This document shows, one piece after another, positions 25,301 to 35,829 of a stretch of DNA of 64,000 bases (position 1 is its first letter; every line of letters starts with the position of its first letter). Position numbers and translations under genes: made by a program. Below the pieces are notes generated by a model. That model saw only the letters and a program-made list of their open reading frames with translations, was not told the origin of the DNA and ran no database searches. Where the stretch lies: positions 130,510,001-130,574,000 of the forward strand of contig OZ024743.1 of the NCBI GenBank assembly GCA_964016885.1. The letters run 5' to 3'. This stretch comes from Eledone cirrhosa (taxonomy: Eukaryota).

Positions 25301-28300
25301 CTTGGTGCTTGGTGTTTGGTGCTTGGTGCTTGATGCTTGGTGCTTGGTGTTTGTTGTTTGGTGCTTGGTGCTTGGTGTTTGGTGCTTGGTGCTTGCTGTT
25401 TGGTGTTTGCTGTTTGGTGCTTGGTGCTTGGTCTTTGGTGTTTGGTGTTTGGTGTTTGGTGCTAGGTGTTTGGTGTTTGGTGCTTGGTGTTTGGTGCTTG
25501 GTGTTCGGTGCTTGGTGCTTGGTGCTTGGTACTTGGTGTTAGGTTTTTGGTGCTTGGGGCTTGGTGTTTGGTGTTTGGTGCTTGGTGCTTGGTATTTGGT
25601 GTTTGGTGCTTGGTGTTTGGTGTTTGGTGCTTTGTGATTGGTGTTTGGTGCTGGGTGTATGGTGTTTGGTGCTTGGTGCTTGGTGCTTGGTGTTTGGTGT
25701 TTGGTGCTTGGTACTTGGTGTTTGGTGTTTGATGCTTGGTGTTTGATGCTTTTTGCTTGGTGCTTGGTGTTTTGTGTTTGGTGTTTGGTGCTTGGTGTAT
25801 GTACTTGGTGCTTGGTGCTTGGTGTTTGGTGCTTGGTTCTTGGTGTTTGGTGCTTGGTGCTTGGTGCTTGGTGTTTGGTGCTTGGTGCTTGGTGTTTGGT
25901 GCTTGGTGTTTGGTGTTTGGTGCTTGGTGTTTGGTACTTGGTGCTTGGTGCTTGGTTTTAAGTGTTTAGTGCTTGGTGCTTGGTGTTTGGTGCTTCGTGC
26001 TTGGTGCTTGGTGTTTGGTGCATGGTGCTTGGTGTTTGGGGCTTGGTGCCTGGTGCTTTGTGTTTGGTGCTAGGAGCTTGGTGCTTGGTCTTTGGTGCTT
26101 GGTGCTTGGTGCTTGGTGCTTGGTGTTTGGTGCTTGGTGCTTGGTGCTTGGTTATTAGTGTTTGGTGCTTGGTGCTTGGGGTTTGGTGTTTGGTGCTTGG
26201 TGCTTGGTGTTTGGTGTTTGCTGTATGGTGTTTGCTGTTTGGTGTTTGGTGTTTGCTGTTTGGTGTTTAATGCTTGGTGCTTGGTGCTTGGTGTTTGGTG
26301 GTTGGTGCTTGGTGCTTGGTGTTTGGCGTTTGCTCTTTGCTGTTTGGTGTTTGGTGCTTGCTGTTTGGTGGTTGGTGTTTGGTGTTTGGTGTTTGGTGCT
26401 TGCTGTTTGGTGCTTGGTGCTTGGTGTTTGGTGTTTGGTGTTTGGTGCTTGGTGCTTGGTGTTTGGTGGTTGGTGCTTGGTGCTGGGTGTTTGGTGCTTG
26501 TTGCTTGGTGCTTGGTGCTTGGTGCTTGGTGCTTGGTGCTTGGTCTTTGGTGCTTGGTGTTTGGTGTTTGGTGCTTGGTGCTTGGTGTTTGGTGCTTGGG
26601 GCTTGGTGTTTGGTGCTTGGTGATTGCTGCTTGGTGTTTGGAGTTTGGTGCTTGGTGCTTGGTGCTTGGTGATTAGTGTTTGGTGCTTGGTGCTTGGTGC
26701 CTTGTGCTTGGTGCTTGGTGCTTGTTGTTTGGTGCTTGGTGCTTGGTGATTAGTGTTTGGTGCTTGGTGCTTGGTACCTGGTGCTTGGTGCTTGTTGTTT
26801 GGTGCTTGGTGCTTGGTGATTAGTGTTTGGTGCCTGGTGCTTGGTGCTTGCTGTTTGGTGGTTGCTGTTTGGTGATTGGTGTTTGGTGCTTGGTGCTTGG
26901 TGCCGGGTGGTTGGTGTTTGGGGCTTGGTGCTTGGTGTTTGGTGCTTGGTGCTTGGTGCTTGTTGTTTGGTGCTTGGTGCTTGGTCTTTGGTGCTTGGTG
27001 CTTGGTGTTTGGTGTTTGGTGTTTGGTGTTTCGTGCTTGGTGTCTAGTGTTTGGGTTTTGGTGTTTGGCGCTTGGTGCTTAGTGTTTGGTGTTTGGTGCT
27101 TGGTGCTTGGTGTTTGGTGCTGGGTGCTTTGTGCTTGGTGTTTGGTGCTGGGTGTATGGTGTTTGGTGCTTGGTGCTTGGTGCTTGGTGTTTGGTGTTTG
27201 ATGCTTGGTGTTTGATGCTTGTTGCTTGGTGCTTGGTGTTTTGTGTTTGGTGTTTGGTGCTTGGTGTATGTACTTGGTGCTTGGTGCTTGGTGTTTGGTG
27301 CTTGGTTCTTGGTGTTTGGTGCTTGGTGCTTGGTGTTTGGTGCTTGGTGTTTGGTGTTTGGTGCTTGGTGTTTGGTACTTGGTGCTTGGTGCTTGGTGTT
27401 AAGTGTTTGGTGCTTGGTGCTTGGTGTTTGGTGCTTCGTGCTTGGTTCTTGGTGTTTGGTGCATGGTGCTTGGTGTTTGGGGCTTGGTGCCTGGTGCTTT
27501 GTGTTTGGTGCTAGGTGCTTGGTGCTTGGTCTTTGGTGTTTGGTGCTTGGTGCTTGGTGCTTGGTGTTTGGTGCTTGGTGCTTGGTGCTTGGTTATTAGT
27601 GTTTGGTGCTTGGTGCTTGGGGTTTGGTGTTTGGTGCTTGGTGCTTGGTGTTTGGTGTTTGCTGTATGGTGTTTGCTGTTTCGTGTTTGGTGTTTGCTGT
27701 TTGGTGTTTAATGCTTGGTGCTTGGTGCTTGGTGTTTGGTGCTTGGTGCTTGGTGCTTGGTGTTTGGCGTTTGCTCTTTGCTGTTTGGTGTTTGGTGCTT
27801 GCTGTTTGGTGTTTGGTGTTTGGTGTTTGGTGTTTGGTGCTTGCTGTTTGGTGCTTGGTGCTTGGTGCTGGGTGTTTGGTGCTTGGTGCTTGATGCTTGG
27901 TGCTTGGTGTTTGGTCCTTGGGGCTTGGTGCTTGGTCTTTGGTGCTTGGGATTTGGTGTTTGGTGCATGGTGCTCGGTGTTTGGTGCTTGGTGCTTGGTG
28001 CTTGGTGTTTGGTGTTTGGTGCTTGCTGCTTGGTGCTTGGTGTTTGGTGCTTGGTCCTTGGTGATTAGTGTTTGGTGCATGGTGCTTGGTGTTTGTTGTT
28101 TGGTGCTTGGTGCTTGGTGTTTGGTGCTTGGTGCTTGCTGTTTGGTGTTTGGTGTTTGGTGCTTGGTGCTTGGTGTTTGGTGCTTGGTGTTTGGTTCTTG
28201 GTGTGTGTACTTGGTGCTTGGTGCTTGGTGTTTGGTGCTTGGTTCTTGGTGTTTGGTGCTTGGTGTTTGGTGCTTGGTGTTTGGTGCTTGGTGCTTGGTG

Positions 28301-28874
28301 TTTGGTACTTGGTGCTTGGTGTTTGGTGTTTGGTGCTTGGTGTTTGGTGCTTGGTGCTTGGTGCTTGGTGTTAAGTGTCTGGTGCATGGTGCTTGGTGTT
28401 TGGTGCTTCGTGCTTGGTGCTTGGTGTTTGGTGCATGGTGCTTGATGTTTGGGGCTTGGTGCCTGGTGCTTGGTGTTTGGTGCTTGGTGCTTGGTGCTTG
28501 GTGTTTGGTGTTTGGTGCTTGGTGCTTGGTGTTTGGTGCTTGGTGTTTGGTGATTGGTGTTCGGTGCTTGGTGGTTGGTGCTTGGTACTTGGTGTTAGGT
28601 TTTTGGTGCTTGGGGCTTGGTGTTTGGTGTTTGGTGCTTGGTGCTTGGTGTTTGGTGTTTGGTGCTTGGTGTTTGGTGCTTGGTGCTTTGTGCTTGGTGT
28701 TTGGTGCTGGGTGTATGGTGTTTGGTGCTTGGTGCTTGGTGCTTGGTGTTTGGTGTTTGGTGCTTGATACTTGGTGTTTGGTGTTTGATGCTTGGTGTTT
28801 GATGCTTGTTGCTTGGTGCTTGGTGTTTTGTGTTTGGTGTTTGGTGCTTGGTGTTTGGTGCTTGGTGCTTGGTG
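19952..28874 (+). repeat. Near-perfect tandem duplication with period 4455 bp
   Basis: The offset is a constant 4455 from 20057/24512 to 24162/28617. Private variants are shared by both copies: GCCGGG (~22447/26902), GGTACCTGG (22318/26773), GTGTGTAC (~23748/28203) and AAGTGTCTGG (23918/28373). Confidence 0.93.
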
Positions 28875-31800
28875 TTTGGTGCTTGGTGTTTGGTGTTTGG
28901 TGCTTGGTGTTTGGTACTTGGTGCTTGGTGCTTGGTGTTAAGTGTTTGGTGCTTGGTGCTTGGTGTTTGGTGCTTCGTGCTTGGTGCTTGGTGTTTGGTG
29001 CATGGTGCTTGGTGTTTGAGGCTTGGTGCCTGGTGCTTTGTGTTTGGTGCTAGGTGCTTGGTGCTTGGTCTTTGGTGTTTGGTGTTGGTGCTTGGTGCTT
29101 GGTGTTTGGTGCTTGGTGATTGGTGCTTGGTGCTTGGTTATTAGTGTTTGGTGCTTGTTGCTTGGGGTTTGGTGTTTGGTGCTTGGTGCTTGGTGTTTGG
29201 TGTTTGCTGTATGGTGTTTGCTGTTTCGTGTTTGGTGTTTGCTGTTTGGTGTTTAATGCTTGGTGCTTGGTGCATGGTGTTTGGTGCTTGGTGCTTGGTG
29301 CTTGGTGTTTGGCGTTTGCTCTTTGCTGTTTGGTGTTTGGTGCTTGCTGTTTGGTGTTTGGTGTATGGTGTTTGGTGTTTGGTGCTTGCTGTTTGGTGCT
29401 TGGTGCTTGGTGTTTGGTGTTTGGTGTTTGGTGCTTGGTGCTTGGTGTTTGGTGCTTGGTGCTTGGTGCTGGGTGTTTGGTGCTTGGTGCTTGGTGTTTG
29501 GTGCTTGGTGCTTGATGCTTGGTGCTTGGTGTTTGATCCTTGGGGCTTGGTGCTTGGTCTTTGGTGCTTGGGATTTGGTGTTTGGTGCATAGTGCTCGGT
29601 GTTTGGTGCTTGGTGCGTGGTGCTTGGTGTTTGGTGTTTGGTGCTTGCTGCTTGGTGCTTGGTGTTTGGTGCTTGGTGCTTGGTGATTAGTGTTTGGTGC
29701 ATGGTGCTTGGTGTTTGTTGTTTGGTGCTTGGTGCTTGGTGTTTGGTGCTTGGTGCTTGCTGTTTGGTGCTTGGTGTTTGGTGCTTGGTGTTCGGTGCTT
29801 GGTGCTTGGTGCTTGGTACTTGGTGTTAGGTTTTTGGTGCTTGGGGCTTGGTGTTTGGTGTTTGGTGCTTGGTGCTTGGTATTTGGTGTTTGGTGCTTGG
29901 TGTTTGGTGTTTGGTGCTTTGTGCTTGGTGTTTGGTGCTGGGTGTATGGTGTTTGGTGCTTGGTGCTTGGTGCTTGGTGTTTGGTGTTTGGTGCTTGGTA
30001 CTTGGTGTTTGGTGTTTGATGCTTGGTGTTTGATGCTTGTTGCTTGGTGCTTGGTGTTTTGTGTTTGGTGTTTGGTGCTTGGTGTATGTACTTGGTGCTT
30101 GGTGCTTGGTGTTTGGTGCTTGGTTCTTGGTGTTTGGTGCTTGGTGCTTGGTGCTTGGTGTTTGGTGCTTGGTGCTTGGTGTTTGGTGCTTGGTGTTTGG
30201 TGTTTGGTGCTTGGTGTTTGGTACTTGGTGCTTGGTGCTTGGTTTTAAGTGTTTAGTGCTTGGTGCTTGGTGTTTGGTGCTTCGTGCTTGGTGCTTGGTG
30301 TTTGGTGCATGGTGCTTGGTGTTTGGGGCTTGGTGCCTGGTGCTTTGTGTTTGGTGCTAGGAGCTTGGTGCTTGGTCTTTGGTGCTTGGTGCTTGGTGCT
30401 TGGTGCTTGGTGTTTGGTGCTTGGTGCTTGGTGCTTGGTTATTAGTGTTTGGTGCTTGGTGCTTGGGGTTTGGTGTTTGGTGCTTGGTGCTTGGTGTTTG
30501 GTGTTTGCTGTATGGTGTTTGCTGTTTGGTGTTTGGTGTTTGCTGTTTGGTGTCTAATGCTTGGTGCTTGGTGCTTGGTGTTTGGTGGTTGGTGCTTGGT
30601 GCTTGGTGTTTGGCGTTTGCTCTTTGCTGTTTGGTGTTTGGTGCTTGCTGTTTGGTGGTTGGTGTTTGGTGTTTGGTGTTTGGTGCTTGCTGTTTGGTGC
30701 TTGGTGCTTGGTGTTTGGTGTTTGGTGTTTGGTGCTTGGTGCTTGGTGTTTGGTGGTTGGTGCTTGGTGCTGGGTGTTTGGTGCTTGTTGCTTGGTGCTT
30801 GGTGCTTGGTGCTTGGTGCTTGGTGCTTGGTCTTTGGTGCTTGGTGTTTGGTGTTTGGTGCTTGGTGCTTGGTGTTTGGTGCTTGGGGCTTGGTGTTTGG
30901 TGCTTGGTGCTTGGTGCTTGTTGTTTGGTGCTTGGTGCTTGGTCTTTGGTGCTTGGTGCTTGGTGTTTGGTGTTTGGTGTTTGGTGTTTCGTGCTTGGTG
31001 TCTAGTGTTTGGGTTTTGGTGTTTGGCGCTTGGTGCTTAGTGTTTGGTGTTTGGTGCTTGGTGCTTGGTGTTTGGTGCTGGGTGCTTTGTGCTTGGTGTT
31101 TGGTGCTGGGTGTATGGTGTTTGGTGCTTGGTGCTTGGTGCTTGGTGTTTGGTGTTTGATGCTTGGTGTTTGATGCTTGTTGCTTGGTGCTTGGTGTTTT
31201 GTGTTTGGTGTTTGGTGCTTGGTGTATGTACTTGGTGCTTGGTGCTTGGTGTTTGGTGCTTGGTTCTTGGTGTTTGGTGCTTGGTGCTTGGTGTTTGGTG
31301 CTTGGTGTTTGGTGTTTGGTGCTTGGTGTTTGGTACTTGGTGCTTGGTGCTTGGTGTTAAGTGTTTGGTGCTTGGTGCTTGGTGTTTGGTGCTTCGTGCT
31401 TGGTTCTTGGTGTTTGGTGCATGGTGCTTGGTGTTTGGGGCTTGGTGCCTGGTGCTTTGTGTTTGGTGCTAGGTGCTTGGTGCTTGGTCTTTGGTGTTTG
31501 GTGCTTGGTGCTTGGTGCTTGGTGTTTGGTGCTTGGTGCTTGGTGCTTGGTTATTAGTGTTTGGTGCTTGGTGCTTGGGGTTTGGTGTTTGGTGCTTGGT
31601 GCTTGGTGTTTGGTGTTTGCTGTATGGTGTTTGCTGTTTCGTGTTTGGTGTTTGCTGTTTGGTGTTTAATGCTTGGTGCTTGGTGCTTGGTGTTTGGTGC
31701 TTGGTGCTTGGTGCTTGGTGTTTGGCGTTTGCTCTTTGCTGTTTGGTGTTTGGTGCTTGCTGTTTGGTGTTTGGTGTTTGGTGTTTGGTGTTTGGTGCTT

Positions 31801-33727
31801 GCTGTTTGGTGCTTGGTGCTTGGTGCTGGGTGTTTGGTGCTTGGTGCTTGATGCTTGGTGCTTGGTGTTTGGTCCTTGGGGCTTGGTGCTTGGTCTTTGG
31901 TGCTTGGGATTTGGTGTTTGGTGCATGGTGCTCGGTGTTTGGTGCTTGGTGCTTGGTGCTTGGTGTTTGGTGTTTGGTGCTTGCTGCTTGGTGCTTGGTG
32001 TTTGGTGCTTGGTCCTTGGTGATTAGTGTTTGGTGCATGGTGCTTGGTGTTTGTTGTTTGGTGCTTGGTGCTTGGTGTTTGGTGCTTGGTGCTTGCTGTT
32101 TGGTGTTTGGTGTTTGGTGCTTGGTGCTTGGTGTTTGGTGCTTGGTGTTTGGTTCTTGGTGTATGTACTTGGTGCTTGGTGCTTGGTGTTTGGTGCTTGG
32201 TTCTTGGTGTTTGGTGCTTGGTGTTTGGTGCTTGGTGTTTGGTGCTTGGTGCTTGGTGTTTGGTACTTGGTGCTTGGTGTTTGGTGTTTGGTGCTTGGTG
32301 TTTGGTGCTTGGTGCTTGGTGCTTGGTGTTAAGTGTTTGGTGCATGGTGCTTGGTGTTTGGTGCTTCGTGCTTGGTGCTTGGTGTTTGGTGCATGGTGCT
32401 TGATGTTTGGGGCTTGGTGCCTGGTGCTTGGTGTTTGGTGCTTGGTGCTTGGTGCTTGGTGTTTGGTGTTTGGTGCTTGGTGCTTGGTGTTTGGTGCTTG
32501 GTGTTTGGTGATTGGTGTTCGGTGCTTGGTGGTTGGTGCTTGGTACTTGGTGTTAGGTTTTTGGTGCTTGGGGCTTGGTGTTTGGTGTTTGGTGCTTGGT
32601 GCTTGGTGTTTGGTGTTTGGTGCTTGGTGTTTGGTGCTTGGTGCTTTGTGCTTGGTGTTTGGTGCTGGGTGTATGGTGTTTGGTGCTTGGTGCTTGGTGC
32701 TTGGTGTTTGGTGTTTGGTGCTTGATACTTGGTGTTTGGTGTTTGATGCTTGGTGTTTGATGCTTGTTGCTTGGTGCTTGGTGTTTTGTGTTTGGTGTTT
32801 GGTGCTTGGTGTTTGGTGCTTGGTGCTTGGTGTTTGGTGCTTGGTGTTTGGTGTTTGGTGCTTGGTGTTTGGTACTTGGTGCTTGGTGCTTGGTGTTAAG
32901 TGTTTGGTGCTTGGTGCTTGGTGTTTGGTGCTTCGTGCTTGGTGCTTGGTGTTTGGTGCATGGTGCTTGGTGTTTGAGGCTTGGTGCCTGGTGCTTTGTG
33001 TTTGGTGCTAGGTGCTTGGTGCTTGGTCTTTGGTGTTTGGTGTTGGTGCTTGGTGCTTGGTGTTTGGTGCTTGGTGATTGGTGCTTGGTGCTTGGTTATT
33101 AGTGTTTGGTGCTTGTTGCTTGGGGTTTGGTGTTTGGTGCTTGGTGCTTGGTGTTTGGTGTTTGCTGTATGGTGTTTGCTGTTTCGTGTTTGGTGTTTGC
33201 TGTTTGGTGTTTAATGCTTGGTGCTTGGTGCATGGTGTTTGGTGCTTGGTGCTTGGTGCTTGGTGTTTGGCGTTTGCTCTTTGCTGTTTGGTGTTTGGTG
33301 CTTGCTGTTTGGTGTTTGGTGTATGGTGTTTGGTGTTTGGTGCTTGCTGTTTGGTGCTTGGTGCTTGGTGTTTGGTGTTTGGTGTTTGGTGCTTGGTGCT
33401 TGGTGTTTGGTGCTTGGTGCTTGGTGCTGGGTGTTTGGTGCTTGGTGCTTGGTGTTTGGTGCTTGGTGCTTGATGCTTGGTGCTTGGTGTTTGATCCTTG
33501 GGGCTTGGTGCTTGGTCTTTGGTGCTTGGGATTTGGTGTTTGGTGCATAGTGCTCGGTGTTTGGTGCTTGGTGCGTGGTGCTTGGTGTTTGGTGTTTGGT
33601 GCTTGCTGCTTGGTGCTTGGTGTTTGGTGCTTGGTGCTTGGTGATTAGTGTTTGGTGCATGGTGCTTGGTGTTTGTTGTTTGGTGCTTGGTGCTTGGTGT
33701 TTGGTGCTTGGTGCTTGCTGTTTGGTG
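25480..33727 (+). repeat. Tandem duplication with offset 4287 then 3958 bp (329-bp internal deletion in the second copy)
   Basis: Pairs 25561/29848 and 26092/30379 give 4287. Pairs 27086/31044 through 29599/33557 give 3958. The copies share GCATAGTGCTCGG (~29587/33545). Confidence 0.9.
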
Positions 33728-35829
33728 TTTGGTGTTTGGTGCTTGGTCTTTGGTGTTTGGTGTTTGGTGTTTGGTGCTTGGTGCTTGGTGTTTGGTGCTT
33801 GGTGTTTGGTGCTTGGTGTATGTGCTTGGTGCTTGGTGCTTGGTGCTTGGTTCTTGGTGTTTGGTGCTTGGTGTTTGGTGCTTGGTGTTTGGTGCTTGGT
33901 GCTTGGTGTTTGGTACTTGGTGCTTGGTGTTTGGTGTTTGGTGCTTGGTGTTTGGTGCTTGGTGCTTGGTGCTTGGTGTTAAGTCTTTGGTGCTTGGTGC
34001 TTGGTGTTTGGTGCTTCGTGCTTGGTGCTTAGTGTTTGGTGCATGGTGCTTGATGTTTGGGGCTTGGTGCCTGGTGCTTGGAGTTTGGTGCTTGGTGCTT
34101 GGTGTTTGGTGTTTGGTGCTTGGTGCTTGGTGTTTGGTGCTTGGTGTTTGGTGCTTGGTGTTCGGTGCTTGGTGCTTGGTGCTTGGTACTTGGTGTTAGG
34201 TTTTTGGTGCTTGGGGCTTGGTGTTTGGTGTTTGGTGCTTGGTGCTTGGTGTTTGGTGTTTGGTGCTTGGTGTTTGGTGCTTGGTGCTTTGTGCTTGGTG
34301 TTTGGTGCTGGGTGTATGGTGTTTGGTGCTTGGTGCTTGGTGCTTGGTGTTTGGTGTTTGGTGCTTGGTACTTGGTGTTTGGTGTTTGATGCTTGGTGTT
34401 TGATGCTTGTTGATTGGTGCTTGGTGTTTTGTGTTTGGTGTTTGGTGCTTGGTGTATGTACTTGGTGCTTGGTGCTTGGTGTTTGGTGCTTGGTTCTTGG
34501 TGTTTGGTGCTTGGTGCTTGGTGCTTGGTGTTTGGTGCTTGGTGCTTGGTGTTTGGTGCTTGGTGTTTGGTGTTTGGTGCTTGGTGTTTGGTACTTGGTG
34601 CTTGGTGCTTGGTGTTAAGTGTTTGGTGCTTGGTGCTTGGTGTTTGGTGCTTCGTGCTTGGTGCTTGGTGTTTGAGGCTTGGTGCCTGGTGCTTTGTGTT
34701 TGGTGCTAGGTGCTTGGTGCTTGGTCTTTGGTGTTTGGTGCTTGGTGCTTGGTGCTTGGTGTTTGGTGCTTGGTGCTTGGTGCTTGGTTATTAGTGTTTG
34801 GTGCTTGGTGCTTGGGGTTTGGTGTTTGGTGCTTGGTGCTTGGTGTTTGGTGTTTGGTGTTTGCTGTATGGTGTTTGCTGTTTCGTGTTTGGTGTTTGCT
34901 GTTTGGTGTTTAATGCTTGGTGCTTGGTGCTTGGTGTTTGGTGCTTGGTGCTTGGTGCTTGGTGCTTGGCGTTTGCTCTTTGCTTTTTGGTGTTTGGTGC
35001 TTGCTGTTTGGTGTTTGGTGTTTGGTGTTTGGTGTTTGGTGCTTGCTGTTTGGTGCTTGGTGCTTGGTGTTTGGTGTTTGGTGCTTGGTGCTTGGTGTTT
35101 GGTGCTTGGTGCTTGGTGCTGGGTGTTTGGTGCTTGTTGCTTGGTGTTTGGTGCTTGGTGCTTGATGTTTGGTGCTTGGTGTTTGGTCCTTGGTGCTTGG
35201 TGCTTGGTCTTTGGTGCTTGGGGTTTGGTGTTTGGTGCTTGGTGCTTGGTGTTTGGTGCTTGGTGCTTGGTGCTTGGTGTTTGGTGTTTGGTGCTTGCTG
35301 CTTGGTGCTTGGTGTTTGGTGCTTGGTGCTTGGTGATTAGTGTTTGTTGCATGGTGCTTGGTGTTTGTTGTTTGGTGCTTGGTGCTTGGTGTTTGGTGCT
35401 TGGTGCTTGCTGTTTGGTGTTTGGTGTTTGGTGCTTGGTGCTTGGTGTTTGGTGTTTGGTGTTTGGTGTTTGGTGTTTGGTGCTTGGTGCTTGGTGTTTG
35501 GTGCTTGGTATTTGGTGCTTGGTGTATGTACTTGGTGCTTGGTGCTTGGTGTTTGGTGCTTGGTTCTTGGTGTTTGGGGCTTGGTGCTTGGTGCTTGGTG
35601 TTTGGTGCTTGGTGCTTGGTGTTTGGTACTTGGTGCTTGGTGTTTGGTGTTTGGTGCTTGGTGTTTGGTGCTTGGTGCTTGGTGCTTGGTGTTAAGTGTT
35701 TGGTGCTTGGTGCTTGGTGTTTGGTGCTTCGTGCTTGGTGCTTGGTGTTTGGTGCTTGGTGCTTGGTGTTTGGTACTTGGTGCTTGGTGTTTGGTGTTTG
35801 GTGCTTGGTGTTTGGTGCTTCGTGCTTGG

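Larger units (their letters stand above)
1..35800 (+). repeat. Subfamily I domain of the satellite, with an irregular ~1-3 kb higher-order module
   Basis: Ordered markers recur: TTTGATG x2, GTATGTAC, GTTAAGTG, CTTCGTG, GCATGG, GCTAGG, GGTTATTAG, GCTGTATGG, TTTAATG, GGCGTTTGCTCTTTGC. Subfamily II markers were not seen here. Confidence 0.85.
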
